Shown here: in pieces, positions 47,774 through 57,386 of the stretch
Position numbering within the stretch: the first letter of the stretch is position 1
How the letters are laid out: the number at the start of each line of letters is the position of its first letter
From: an uncultured Pseudomonadales bacterium
GTDB lineage: Bacteria > Pseudomonadota > Gammaproteobacteria > Pseudomonadales > JAUIET01
Direction: 5' to 3'
DNA length: 57,386 nt
Assembly: GCA_964352475.1 (NCBI GenBank)
Contig: CAYGSL010000023.1
Coordinates: 1-57,386, forward strand
Notes under the pieces: generated by a model
Seen by the model: only the letters and a program-made list of their open reading frames with translations
Database searches by the model: none
What the model was told of the DNA's origin: nothing
Made by a program: the position numbers and the translations under genes

Positions 47774-49033
47774 ATGAGTGATCTGAGGCAGCCATTCTTT
47801 CCACATCCGATACGTTGGCGAATATCCTGCGTGTTCATGGTCACGCTGTTTGTTGCATTCCTTGACCGGCTGAATATTTCTTACGCGCTGCCCTTGATGG
47901 CAGCTGAATACGGTTGGACCGAAGAACAGTTACAGCAGTACGGATCTCAGCTAATGGGCGCATTTTATGTTGCGTACGGCTTGGCAAATATCTTTCTGAC
48001 GCCACTGGCTGCGCGCTGGGGTACACGAAAATGTCTGATGGTCATTATTGTACTTTGGGCCGTTTTCACGGCAATGGGCGCGTTTGTCAGCCAGTTTATG
48101 ATGCTGTTTCTGTTGTCCAGAGTATTGCTTGGTTTGTCAGAAGGTGTTCATTTTCCGATGATGATGACAACCACCAAAGCCTGGTTCCCTCCTGGTGAAC
48201 GAAGCCGGGCGAACAGCATTGTGGCGGCCGGTATTTTTTTGGCGGCTTTGCTCACACCATTTTTTGTAGTGCCATTGATGGCAGAGTTTGGATGGCGCGC
48301 TGGTTTTCACTTACTGGCTCTTATTGGTTTGCTGATCAGCTTGCCGCTGGTTTATTGGTTTGTGTACGACATGCCGCGAGATCACCCATCTGTGAGTGCG
48401 GAAGAAACCGAAACTATTGAAGCCGCTTTGCTAGCAGAGGCTGCAGAGCAGGATGGCGAGTTAAGCCTTAAGCAGCTCATCCTATTACCCGGGTTTGCGT
48501 TGCTTTTATTCAGTGGTGCCGCCAACAATCTTATTGGCCTGGGTCTTACCAGCTGGTTGCCGACTTATTTCACGCACACCCGGGGTATTCCATTCGCCGA
48601 CATTACCTGGTTGGTAGCTGGGCCCACCGCATTTTCACTATTAGGCGTCGTCACATGGGCGGTTCTGGGTGACCGTTTCAACTTAAGAGCGTTAATGACC
48701 GGTACGGCGGCCATTATTGCGTGTATCGCACTTTACTTTGCGCTGACGGTGAACAGTCTCGTAGCAGTGATAGTACTGTTTTCGGTTGCAGTGTTTTGCC
48801 TGTCGTCTTATCAGGCCTCTGAGTTTGCCTTGCTGCAGCGAATTCTTCCCCAGCAAAAATTTGCGACTCTGGCCGGTTTGTATAACGGTGCATCAATAAT
48901 TATTGGCGGTGGGCTGGGTCCTTACCTGTTATCACCTATCGTTGGCAGCGGGGAGAACACCTGGATAGTGTCAGTAGTTGCACTTCTTTGTGGCGCCTTG
49001 CTAATCATGTTGCACCGAAGAGTGCACTACTAG
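47774..49033 (+). CDS. MFS transporter (anion:cation symporter-like)
   Basis: FLDRLNIS.ALP, R.LLGLSEG..FP, WFP..ERSRA, GWR; ATG at 47774 after GGAG. Confidence 0.88.
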   Translation: MSDLRQPFFPHPIRWRISCVFMVTLFVAFLDRLNISYALPLMAAEYGWTEEQLQQYGSQLMGAFYVAYGLANIFLTPLAARWGTRKCLMVIIVLWAVFTAMGAFVSQFMMLFLLSRVLLGLSEGVHFPMMMTTTKAWFPPGERSRANSIVAAGIFLAALLTPFFVVPLMAEFGWRAGFHLLALIGLLISLPLVYWFVYDMPRDHPSVSAEETETIEAALLAEAAEQDGELSLKQLILLPGFALLLFSGAANNLIGLGLTSWLPTYFTHTRGIPFADITWLVAGPTAFSLLGVVTWAVLGDRFNLRALMTGTAAIIACIALYFALTVNSLVAVIVLFSVAVFCLSSYQASEFALLQRILPQQKFATLAGLYNGASIIIGGGLGPYLLSPIVGSGENTWIVSVVALLCGALLIMLHRRVHY

Positions 49034-49072
49034 TTGTATATGGTGCAGCCGCTCAGGCGTTTGGAGGTCTTA

Positions 49073-50041
49073 CTACCTAACTCGCATTTCAACCACGCTC
49101 ATAAAAGGCCCTTTCTTGTTTGCGTAGCCAAGGAAGTGCATATCACCCACTGACATTGATTCGCTTTCAATAAATTCTGTTAAAGCCTGTCCGTACTGGG
49201 CTGTAAATGGAAGACTAAAGCCCAGTCCTTCATCCGTGTAATCGAGTAACTGTTTCATCCCGGCTGCCTTGCCCATTTTTACAAAATAGTCAGCGTAAAT
49301 ATCGGCCAGTAGTACACTGCCGCGCGCTGCGTTGTTGCGCACATCTTGCATGGTCTTACGTACGTTCGCCTCAGACAAGTAAAGCGTCACACCTTCCCAA
49401 AGGAATAGTGCCGGGCTGTTTATATCAAAGCCTGCTTCGTTTAATTTTTCGAAAATACTCTCAGTACTGAAGTTCATCTGCACGAACCGAACATGATCGG
49501 ATTGAATCCCGGCCTCACGCAGCGCTGTTTGCTTGTGGGATTGAACGTTGGCCTGGTCCAGCTCGAAAATCGTAACGCCTGCTGTTTTCAATTCTCCATA
49601 AGCCCGTGCGTCATAGCCCGCGCCAAGCACTATGAATTGACTTATAGTGCCAATATTTTTTTCTATTATCTGATCAAAATACTTGGTACGGCTTACCACT
49701 ATGTCGCCAAAGTTTTCCTTGCCCGGCTCAGGTTGCCGTGGGTACAGAAAAAGCTCGCCAGATATCTTAAACTTCAGCCACAAAGGGAATAGGGTGAGCC
49801 AAAGCCCATCAACAGAAGTGTTTGGCAGCACTCGTATTAGCTTATTAGTTGCGTCATCAGCGCGAATACCGAATACGTGCATGGTCCAACGAGCGTTTAT
49901 TACTTCAATTGCCGTTTGCGACACGCCCAATCTTTTGCTGATCACCAATTGCCGGTAAGCAACCAGTAAAACGCCAACAAGCATTAGCGGAATGAATGCG
50001 ATCTGCAATGGAATATACAGGGCGAGGCTAAGTAGTGACAT
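49073..50041 (-). CDS. SAM-dependent methyltransferase (leucine carboxyl methyltransferase family)
   Basis: RTKYFD, QFIVLGAGYDARAY, IFELD, FLWEGVTLYL. Confidence 0.85.
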   Translation of the reverse strand: MSLLSLALYIPLQIAFIPLMLVGVLLVAYRQLVISKRLGVSQTAIEVINARWTMHVFGIRADDATNKLIRVLPNTSVDGLWLTLFPLWLKFKISGELFLYPRQPEPGKENFGDIVVSRTKYFDQIIEKNIGTISQFIVLGAGYDARAYGELKTAGVTIFELDQANVQSHKQTALREAGIQSDHVRFVQMNFSTESIFEKLNEAGFDINSPALFLWEGVTLYLSEANVRKTMQDVRNNAARGSVLLADIYADYFVKMGKAAGMKQLLDYTDEGLGFSLPFTAQYGQALTEFIESESMSVGDMHFLGYANKKGPFMSVVEMRVR

Positions 50042-50175
50042 GGGTAATCCTATAGCTTATGCAACGTGCCCAGCGTACTGCAATCACGCCATGGCTTACC
50101 TTTACTTTACTGATTAATTCATTAAGGTGGGTGGTGCTGTGGCTTTAACACTTATCAAAGGAATACCAGTATACG

Positions 50176-51093
50176 ATGCTTAGCAAACCAACACTCTACC
50201 TACACTTTGGAATGTATAAAACGGCAACTACATCTATACAGAAACTGTTTACCAAACATCGATATTTGCTGCACCAGCATAATATATTGTACCCCACTAG
50301 CTTTCGAGATTCTGGCCATGCGCACTATGGTCTAAATGCCGCGTTCTCGTTCTTGCGCGGCGACACACTGGCGGTTGGGCGTTCGGGCTTTGATGCTGAG
50401 CTGGAAGAAAGTGGAGCGGGTAATGTGATCTTAAGCAATGAATTTCTCACGCCAACACGGTCTGAGCATTACGAGGAATTCTGGAATTACTTTAATGGGT
50501 ATGATGTCAAGATTGTACTGTTTTTACGCCATCATGTAGATTGGCTTGTGTCTATGTACAGCGAGTCTCTTGCCAGGCAAGAACCTATTTGGCAACCGGG
50601 CTTCAAAGAGTATTGCAAATTTCAGTTAGACTTTAATAAGCAGCCCTGGTTCTACTCCCAGCTGCTGGCCGAGTATGCCGCTATCTGCGGAAAAGAAAAT
50701 CTGATTGTCATTCCTTATGACCCATCCTTGTTTTATGGAGGATGTGTTGCGAAACAACTATTGGTCAGCACTGGGCTGGCTACACCGGGACTATTAGATA
50801 AGCTACCAGGAGCGGAGCGTCAGAATCGCTCGCTTGATCCAAGGTTGTTTCCAGTGCTTGAAGAATTAATAAGAGATCCGTCGCTTAATAAAGAACAACG
50901 GGACAGCGCAAGAAAAAAATTGATCGAAAGCGGAGTACCGGACTCAGAACCCGACTCTGAAATAGTTAATAATATGAAACGATTCGTTCTAGAGTTTATG
51001 AAGGATCACATCGCCGAGTACCCAGCCGTTGTTGATGAGTATATGCCTGCGTTTCAGCACAGTCTGTTTAACCGCGAATACGAGGTGAAATAG
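50176..51093 (+). CDS. P-loop sulfotransferase-like hypothetical protein
   Basis: LYLHFGMYKTATTSIQ, ILYP, VILSNE, IVLFLR...SMYSE, NRSL. Confidence 0.65.
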   Translation: MLSKPTLYLHFGMYKTATTSIQKLFTKHRYLLHQHNILYPTSFRDSGHAHYGLNAAFSFLRGDTLAVGRSGFDAELEESGAGNVILSNEFLTPTRSEHYEEFWNYFNGYDVKIVLFLRHHVDWLVSMYSESLARQEPIWQPGFKEYCKFQLDFNKQPWFYSQLLAEYAAICGKENLIVIPYDPSLFYGGCVAKQLLVSTGLATPGLLDKLPGAERQNRSLDPRLFPVLEELIRDPSLNKEQRDSARKKLIESGVPDSEPDSEIVNNMKRFVLEFMKDHIAEYPAVVDEYMPAFQHSLFNREYEVK

Positions 51094-51280
51094 CTACATC
51101 CCGGAGCGCGTTCGAAGGCCTCATCAATCAACTTTGAGCGTTGCTGTGCTACCGGCCTGTTTGTCCTGGTGGTTGTGCTCAGACTCAGAGATAAGAGTTT
51201 GAACGAATTTACCATAAGCGGTTAGGTAACAATCTGCGCTGTGAGCATTGCGTAGTGTGGGATGGGCTTTAGCGTTTAAG

Positions 51281-52780
51281 TTAGCCTGGCGATGCAAACA
51301 ATTTCTTTACATCGGCCTTGGTGATCTTGCCCATCGCATTCCTGGGCAGCGACTCAACGATATGCAAACGACGTGGAATTTTATAGTTCGACATTTGCTC
51401 GCCGGCCCATTGCTTTAAGTCCTCCAGATGCAGTGAGTGGCCGCTTTCCAGCGCAACAGCCACGGCCACTACTTCACCCCAGGTGTCGTCATCTACGCCA
51501 ACTACGGCACATTCATTGATGGCCGGGTGTGCCAGCAGGCTGTTTTCTATCTCCAGTGCCGAGAGTTTGTACGCGCCAGATTTGATAATGTCGACCGATA
51601 AACGCCCCATGATTCGGTAATAGCCATTTTCAAGTACGGCCATGTCACCTGTGCGAAACCATCCATCAATGAAACTTTCTTCTGTTGCGTCAGGCTTGTT
51701 CCAGTACTCCAGAAAAACCGTATCACTCTTTACCTGAATTTCGCCGGGAGTGTCCTGTTGGCCAGCAGCAATGATCGCTCCGCTTTCTTCCGCTAGACGA
51801 ATCTGCACACCTGGTAAGGGTTTGCCCACAGAGCCAGGCCGGCGCTCACCATGGAATGGGTTTGATAAGGCCATGCCGATTTCGGTCATGCCATAGCGCT
51901 CCAGTAATACCTGCCCAGTCAGTTCCTGCCATTGCTCATGAATACGTGCCGGTAAAGCCGCTGAGCCAGAAATCATTAACCTCATTGCAGAAAAACCTTT
52001 GCAAACGCGGGCCCGCTGCTCTTCACCACATTCGTTTAGTGCGGCAATCAGTTTTACGTATATCGTTGGCACCGCCATAAACACGGAATATTTCTGCTCG
52101 GCCACTGCATCCAATATACGTGGCAGCTTAAACCCTTCCGCATACGTTTCTATTCTGGCGCCTGCCCACAAACCGCAGGTGAGTACATTGATAATGCCAT
52201 GTACGTGATGCAATGGCAGAAATAGGGGGATGCTGTCGTCGGCTTGCCATTCCCAGGCTTCCAGCAGTGTCTCAACCTGGGCGGTGATATTGGCGTGTGT
52301 GCTCACCACACCCTTCGGTTTATTGGTAGTGCCGCTGGTGAAAATCATCATGGCACGGCGAGATGGATCAAGCTCAGGGAAATTGCTTACGCTGCCTGCG
52401 GGCACATTGTTGGCCAGCGTCATGTCTATTGCACGTTGCTCGCACATTGTTTCCAGTTTGTCGGCGCAGGAGTGGTGTGTAAGCAAACGCTTTACGCCGC
52501 CTGTTTCAATACAATGCTCAATCTCAGGAATTGTGGCGTGCACATTGAGTGGCATGGCAATACCACCGGCGCGCCAAATACCCCACTGGAAGGCTACGTA
52601 ATCAATGCCCGCTGGTGCTGCGAAGGCAATAATTTCCTCGTTGAGATCGCTACGGTCGTTCAACAGATACGCAGCTACGTTTTCTGATGCCCTTAATAGA
52701 TCCGCGTAGCTGAATTCTTGCTCGCCATCGTGCAGAGCAATATTCTGGTCAAACTGTGCTGCGAGTTGAAATAATTTCAC
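51281..52780 (-). CDS. Acyl-CoA synthetase, malonyl-CoA synthetase (MatB/ACSF3)-like
   Basis: FTSGTTNKPKG, LPLHHVHG, SGSAAL, LLERYGMTE, GWFRTGD, LPRNAMGK. Confidence 0.87.
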   Translation of the reverse strand: MKLFQLAAQFDQNIALHDGEQEFSYADLLRASENVAAYLLNDRSDLNEEIIAFAAPAGIDYVAFQWGIWRAGGIAMPLNVHATIPEIEHCIETGGVKRLLTHHSCADKLETMCEQRAIDMTLANNVPAGSVSNFPELDPSRRAMMIFTSGTTNKPKGVVSTHANITAQVETLLEAWEWQADDSIPLFLPLHHVHGIINVLTCGLWAGARIETYAEGFKLPRILDAVAEQKYSVFMAVPTIYVKLIAALNECGEEQRARVCKGFSAMRLMISGSAALPARIHEQWQELTGQVLLERYGMTEIGMALSNPFHGERRPGSVGKPLPGVQIRLAEESGAIIAAGQQDTPGEIQVKSDTVFLEYWNKPDATEESFIDGWFRTGDMAVLENGYYRIMGRLSVDIIKSGAYKLSALEIENSLLAHPAINECAVVGVDDDTWGEVVAVAVALESGHSLHLEDLKQWAGEQMSNYKIPRRLHIVESLPRNAMGKITKADVKKLFASPG

Positions 52781-52906
52781 GGTGCTCTCAAGTGTCTAAT
52801 TTGCGCCCAGTTTACTGAATTCAACGATTGAAGCCTATAGTATTTGCAAGCATGGCCGAGTCGGTCTGGCATAATAGGCCCTGGGCAAACTTATGAAGAT
52901 TCGGCT

Positions 52907-53500
52907 ATGAAACTACCTGCATTCAAATCGCTGCTGCTGATTGGCTTAACAAGCATGATGTTGACCGGCTGCGGTATCAACAATATTCCAAGCTACGACG
53001 AGGCCGTGGATGCGGCCTGGAGCCAGGTACAAAACCAGTACCAACGCCGCGCTGAGCTAATACCAAACCTTGTGAAAACGGTGAAAGGCTTTGCCGAGCA
53101 AGAAAAAGACGTATTAACCAGCGTTGTTGAAGCGCGTGCAAAAGCAACCAGTGTTCAGCTGCCAAGCGATATGCTCAGTAATCCCGAGGCATTTCAGCAG
53201 TTTCAGGCCGCGCAAGACCAATTGAGCGGTGCACTGTCCAAGTTGATGGTGGTGGTAGAGCGGTATCCTGAATTGAAGTCGAATGAGAATTTTCTGGCCT
53301 TGCAAAACCAGTTGGAAGGCACTGAAAATCGCATCTCGGTGGCGCGCAGGGATTACATTGAAGCCGTGAAAACGTACAACACCGAACTGCGAACGTTCCC
53401 AGGCCGCATTTGGCACAGCATTTTGTACTCTGAGCAGGAGCCAAGAGAAACGTTCTCGGTGCCCAAGGAAATGGAGCAAGTGCCTTCTGTTGAGTTTTAA
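52907..53500 (+). CDS. lemA: LemA family lipoprotein
   Basis: Lipobox LTGC; NQYQRRAELIPNLV, ERYPELKSNENF..LQ.QLEGTENRI.VAR. Confidence 0.93.
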   Translation: MKLPAFKSLLLIGLTSMMLTGCGINNIPSYDEAVDAAWSQVQNQYQRRAELIPNLVKTVKGFAEQEKDVLTSVVEARAKATSVQLPSDMLSNPEAFQQFQAAQDQLSGALSKLMVVVERYPELKSNENFLALQNQLEGTENRISVARRDYIEAVKTYNTELRTFPGRIWHSILYSEQEPRETFSVPKEMEQVPSVEF

Positions 53501-53542
53501 GCTCAACTCGCGCTTTTGATGCCGTATTTTCGCTCAGGATTA

Positions 53543-54403
53543 ATGACGCGAGCGCTGGACACTGTGCTTGCTGCGCTCGCGCTCCTTTTGTGCAGCACTG
53601 CATTTGCCGCACCTGATTTTCCCGCGCTGACCGGTCGAGTCGTCGATCAGGCGGGCATTTTGTCAGAACCCGTTCGTGCACAATTGGATGACATGCTGAG
53701 TGCGCACGAATCTGAAACCAGCAATCAGATTGTAGTCGTCACTCTTGCAGATCTACAGGGCTATGACATTGCCGATTATGGTTACCAGCTTGGCCGGCAT
53801 TGGGCCATTGGGTCTGCGGAGAATGATAATGGCGTGTTACTGATTATTGCACCGAATGAACGGCAGATGCGCATTGAAGTGGGCTACGGTCTGGAGGGCG
53901 CGCTAACGGATGGATTAAGCAGAACCATTATTCAACGTGAAATCACGCCCGCGTTCCGAGCGGGAAAATTTGATGAGGGTGTTTTGCTAGGCAGCAATGC
54001 GATTGTTCGTGCGATAAAGGGTGAATATGCGGCGCCCGAAGACACTCCAGGTAAGGTAACAGATGCGGGCGAGATGGTTCCCATTGTGTTCTTCAGCTTT
54101 ATGCTGGGCAGCGCGTTTCTGGGCAGAATAAAACGTAAGGGTTTGGCCAGTGGCATCGTAGGTGTTGGCGCAGGAACCGTGGCCTTGGTGATTACCAAGG
54201 TATTACTCACTGGCGCCGTTGTTGGCGTGTTGGCCGCTGTATTGTTTCTGATTTTTGGAGGCGGTAGCGGCGGTGGAAGAGGTGGACGCAGCGGTGGCTA
54301 TTATCCTGGCGGTTTTGGTGGGGGTGGCGGCGGCTTCGGAGGCGGCGGTTTCGGCGGAGGAGGCGGCTCCTTCGGTGGCGGCGGCGCCTCAGGAGGTTGG
54401 TAA
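53543..54403 (+). CDS. TPM-domain protein (YgcG-like) with Gly-rich tail
   Basis: LTGRVVDQA, RIEVGYGLEG.LTD, TMs, GGGGSFGGGGASGGW. Confidence 0.92.
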   Translation: MTRALDTVLAALALLLCSTAFAAPDFPALTGRVVDQAGILSEPVRAQLDDMLSAHESETSNQIVVVTLADLQGYDIADYGYQLGRHWAIGSAENDNGVLLIIAPNERQMRIEVGYGLEGALTDGLSRTIIQREITPAFRAGKFDEGVLLGSNAIVRAIKGEYAAPEDTPGKVTDAGEMVPIVFFSFMLGSAFLGRIKRKGLASGIVGVGAGTVALVITKVLLTGAVVGVLAAVLFLIFGGGSGGGRGGRSGGYYPGGFGGGGGGFGGGGFGGGGGSFGGGGASGGW

Positions 54404-55020
54404 TGCAACATCTTAGCGAGCAAAATAAACGGGATCTGTGTGAGCAGATTCGCTCCATTGAGGCCAGCTGCAATGCGGAACTGGTTACCGTGATTGCGCG
54501 GCAGAGCGATGAGTACTATTACATCCCCGTGTTGTGGGCCGCGCTTTCCGCATTACTGTTACCTGGCCTCATATCACTTCTCGATTTACCATTGAATGTA
54601 GGCGACACCTATTTACTACAGATTGCAGTTTTTACTGTGTTTGCAGTGCTGTTGAGTTGGCCACCGATAAAATTTCGAGTGATTCCAAAAAACGTGCAGT
54701 TCCGCCGCGCAAGGTTGCATGCCCACGAATTGTTTTTCATTGAAGGTCTGCACATAACCGAGAATCGATCCGGGGTGATGATTTTTGTGTCATTGGCTGA
54801 ACGTTATGTAGAAATTATCGCAGATCATGGCATTGCCGAAAAGATTGATCAGAGCGTATGGCAAGACATAGTGGATGATTTTATTGAGGATGTTAGGCGT
54901 GGCAATACAGCGAGCGGCTATCAACACGCTGTGGAACGCTGTGGAACCCTATTAAAAGAACACTTTCCTGGTGGGTCCAATGCTGCGAATGAACTACCCG
55001 ACCATTTGATCGAATTGTAG
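54403..55020 (+). CDS. TPM-domain membrane protein
   Basis: T.NRSGVMIFVSLAERYVEIIAD.GI, NELPDHLI; third gene of lemA-TPM-TPM. Confidence 0.9.
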   Translation: MQHLSEQNKRDLCEQIRSIEASCNAELVTVIARQSDEYYYIPVLWAALSALLLPGLISLLDLPLNVGDTYLLQIAVFTVFAVLLSWPPIKFRVIPKNVQFRRARLHAHELFFIEGLHITENRSGVMIFVSLAERYVEIIADHGIAEKIDQSVWQDIVDDFIEDVRRGNTASGYQHAVERCGTLLKEHFPGGSNAANELPDHLIEL

Positions 55021-55114
55021 CTTCTAGCTCTTGGTAGCCCGTAATGTAATCCCGATTGCTTCTCCCGTCTGTGAAATTTATGTATCCAAGTAGTTTTTCA
55101 AGCCGGGTGGTAGC

Positions 55115-55747
55115 ATGGACACGATCTCCACAGGCGAATACAACATGCACACACTAGACCCTTCAACTCAACTCTATGAAGGCAGCCAATTCGAAGGGTT
55201 GGATTGCGAAGAGCAGGAACTTGCTGGCTTGGAATTCGAATATTGTGTGTTCAAAAATTGCAACTTCAGGGAAGCGTTTTTTAATCGCTGTACGTTTCTG
55301 GACTGCCGTTTCGTCAATAGCGATCTTAGCCTGGCCAAGCTAGGATACAGCCGATTCTCTGAGATCAGCTTTGAAGATTGTAAGTTACTGGCACTGAACT
55401 GGACGCATGTGTCCTGGCCGTCATTTGTGCCTCGCGCCGTGTTGAGCTTCCATCGTTGCCAACTCAGTAATTCCACATTTTATGGCTTAACACTGAATGA
55501 GCTTGAGATGGTGGAGTGTCGAGTGCACGATGTTGATTTTCGCGAGGCTGATTTAAACAGCTCAAACTTCGCCGAGTGTGACTTCGCCAGCAGCTCGTTC
55601 AGTGGTACTGATCTTGCAACGGCAAACTTCGCCGGCGCCTATAATTACACAATCGATATTCAAAACAATAATGTGAAAGGTGCAACGTTTTCGCGCCTTG
55701 AGGCAACGTCATTGCTGGAGAGTTTGGGTATTACTCTGGTCGATTAA
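55115..55747 (+). CDS. Pentapeptide repeat protein
   Basis: Repeats such as CVFKN CNFRE AFFNR CTFLD CRFVN SDLSL; C-terminal LLESLGITLVD; start may be 55145. Confidence 0.88.
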   Translation: MDTISTGEYNMHTLDPSTQLYEGSQFEGLDCEEQELAGLEFEYCVFKNCNFREAFFNRCTFLDCRFVNSDLSLAKLGYSRFSEISFEDCKLLALNWTHVSWPSFVPRAVLSFHRCQLSNSTFYGLTLNELEMVECRVHDVDFREADLNSSNFAECDFASSSFSGTDLATANFAGAYNYTIDIQNNNVKGATFSRLEATSLLESLGITLVD

Positions 55748-55750
55748 TAC

Positions 55751-56392
55751 TTACTTATCTTCAACAAATGCCGAGATGTAAAATGCCTCGGCCTGCTCCT
55801 TTACCATGTAGGGTTTGCGTTCAATATGCAATGAGCTTATTTTCTTATCATTCAGCAACTGGATCAATTCTGACGCCGCAAACTGCTCGAAGTAATACGG
55901 CCGGCAGGTGAAATACAGCAGCCCACCAGGTTTCAATATTCTGCACATTTCAGGAAGAAATTGGTTTTCAAAATGATGTGTGTACACGCCAACGCTTATA
56001 ACGGCATCGTACTGCTGATCAGCAACGGCAACCGGTTTGCTGTAGTCGGCGTTAGCCAAAGAGCGGTATGACTCAGATGTTTTGGCGACCGCGAGCATAT
56101 CATCCGAAAAGTCCGCTCCATCAATAAGCTCAATGCCTTCGCCGCGTAGAAGCTTGGCTACTTGTCCGGTACCGCAGCCGGCGTCGTACACTGTGGCGGT
56201 AGCTCTGGGAGCGATACCATCCAAAAGCGTGCAAAACGCGTCAACAGCAAGTTTCGGGGCTATATAACCCTGTATTTCCAGGTCGCTGTCATAGCGCTGG
56301 GCCCATTGATGATAGAGGGCTTTTACTTCATCAGGATTGTCGGAAGCTGAAAGGCGGGCTATCAGTTCCTCGGCAGTGAGATCTGTATCCAT
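55751..56392 (-). CDS. Class I SAM-dependent methyltransferase
   Basis: Y..WA..YD.D...GY..P, VYDAGCGTG, DG.DFS..ML, YDAVISVGV, LKPGG. Confidence 0.88.
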   Translation of the reverse strand: MDTDLTAEELIARLSASDNPDEVKALYHQWAQRYDSDLEIQGYIAPKLAVDAFCTLLDGIAPRATATVYDAGCGTGQVAKLLRGEGIELIDGADFSDDMLAVAKTSESYRSLANADYSKPVAVADQQYDAVISVGVYTHHFENQFLPEMCRILKPGGLLYFTCRPYYFEQFAASELIQLLNDKKISSLHIERKPYMVKEQAEAFYISAFVEDK

Positions 56393-56403
56393 TGCGTTGT
56401 AGC

Positions 56404-57297
56404 TTAGCGTAATACTTGTTTCATTGTGGATGCCATCTTATGCTCGCCTGTGTGCGACCAGCCGGGCGGCAAAAGCAGGTAGGCCAGTTTATTCTTCAGG
56501 CCAGGTGCTCTCTTAACATCTTGCCACAGTTCAGCCATCTCACCGAACTGTACATCGCTCCAACTTTCAACGTTTACGTTTCTGGTGATCCCATACTGTA
56601 TTGGAACCTCGTCGCGCAGCGGCTGAAGCGTGCCCAATGCCCAGTCCCAAAACAATGTTATTGAGTTGTAGTTGGTGTCTATGTACAAGGGGTTTTTGGC
56701 ATGGTGCGCCCGGTGGTAGGAAGGCGTTTGCAAGAAACGTTCAAGAAAACCGTATTTCTTGCTTATTACTCCAGGGCTGGCATGTAGCATGCTGCCCCAG
56801 ATAATATCTACCATATTGATCACAATAATCATCTCTAATGGTACGCCACACATTGCCGGCATAAAGCCCGCAAAAAAAGCCATATAGGGCGCTTCCAGTA
56901 AATGATGGTTGTAGCCAACTACCATATTGATTGTGTCGGGTGCGTGGTGGGGCGAGTGAATGCACCAAAGCAGGCGAACCTTATGTGCTAAGAAATGTTG
57001 TACCCAGTACCAGAATTCGTAAATTAACAATGCCACCAGCCAAACATACCATGCATTGCCCAGCGTGAACGAGCTTAGTTCGCTTGCAATTATCGCCAGG
57101 GCGACGGCACTCAGCACGGGTAAAAACAAAACCGTTACAATGTTAACGCCAACAAAGTTTCGAAGTGGCTGGAAAAAATCGTGTCGGAAACTGACGCGTT
57201 TTTTGATCAGTGTTAGCCAGATCATTTCCGACATGCCATACAAAAACATGGCTAGCAGAGCCAGGTAGGCAAATGACGTAATAGTCGGTTGTTCCAT
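56404..57297 (-). CDS. Sterol desaturase / fatty acid hydroxylase family protein
   Basis: His boxes H.LAH, HSPHH, H, TPSYHRAHH; TNY....FWD..LGT. Confidence 0.88.
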   Translation of the reverse strand: MEQPTITSFAYLALLAMFLYGMSEMIWLTLIKKRVSFRHDFFQPLRNFVGVNIVTVLFLPVLSAVALAIIASELSSFTLGNAWYVWLVALLIYEFWYWVQHFLAHKVRLLWCIHSPHHAPDTINMVVGYNHHLLEAPYMAFFAGFMPAMCGVPLEMIIVINMVDIIWGSMLHASPGVISKKYGFLERFLQTPSYHRAHHAKNPLYIDTNYNSITLFWDWALGTLQPLRDEVPIQYGITRNVNVESWSDVQFGEMAELWQDVKRAPGLKNKLAYLLLPPGWSHTGEHKMASTMKQVLR

Positions 57298-57386
57298 CAG
57301 CTCAGCTGGCCGGTCAGATAGTAATTATCAGATAGATGCTAAGCGTGTCTTGCTGCGTACTCAAGTGAAAACACGCTCATGGTTTG

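Noticed and set aside
54257-54400. GGC/GGT-rich tandem repeat
   Set aside because: It encodes the normal Gly-rich tail of TPM/YgcG proteins
1-57386. Prophage, IS, integron, tRNA/rRNA or anti-phage defence island
   Set aside because: No hallmark genes or RNA signatures recognised; the lone EEP nuclease has no defence-type partner

Overview
57 kb of chromosomal DNA from what looks like a heterotrophic, probably marine gammaproteobacterium (inferred from gene content; about 50% GC by eye). I saw no tRNA, rRNA, CRISPR array, integrase or transposase. Main blocks: (1) 1-4631, a putative inorganic-carbon supply locus, with a partial delta-class carbonic anhydrase (absent from the ORF track) divergent from purK-purE-sbtA-sbtB-nhaA; (2) 4634-13619, a low-oxygen island around hemN-fnr with four FNR boxes in class II geometry, one in front of an operon of three O2-consuming steroid 9,10-seco-pathway oxygenases (kshA, hsaC/tesB, hsaA/tesA1) plus a group II truncated haemoglobin; (3) envelope genes (DUF2339/DUF3999, an orphan CpxR-like regulator divergent from Spy/CpxP, a MacAB-like exporter with a sigma54 promoter, three upstream activator sites and an NtrC-type two-component system); (4) a homoprotocatechuate meta-cleavage cluster using a two-subunit LigA/LigB-type dioxygenase; (5) mixed metabolic genes, including an MFS transporter with a 15-residue helical-repeat tail, two putative F420-dependent LLMs, an internally deleted AIM24/TIGR00266 gene, nadE, a MatB-like synthetase, lemA-TPM-TPM and a pentapeptide-repeat protein. 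All family calls come from motif recognition by eye, not database searches.
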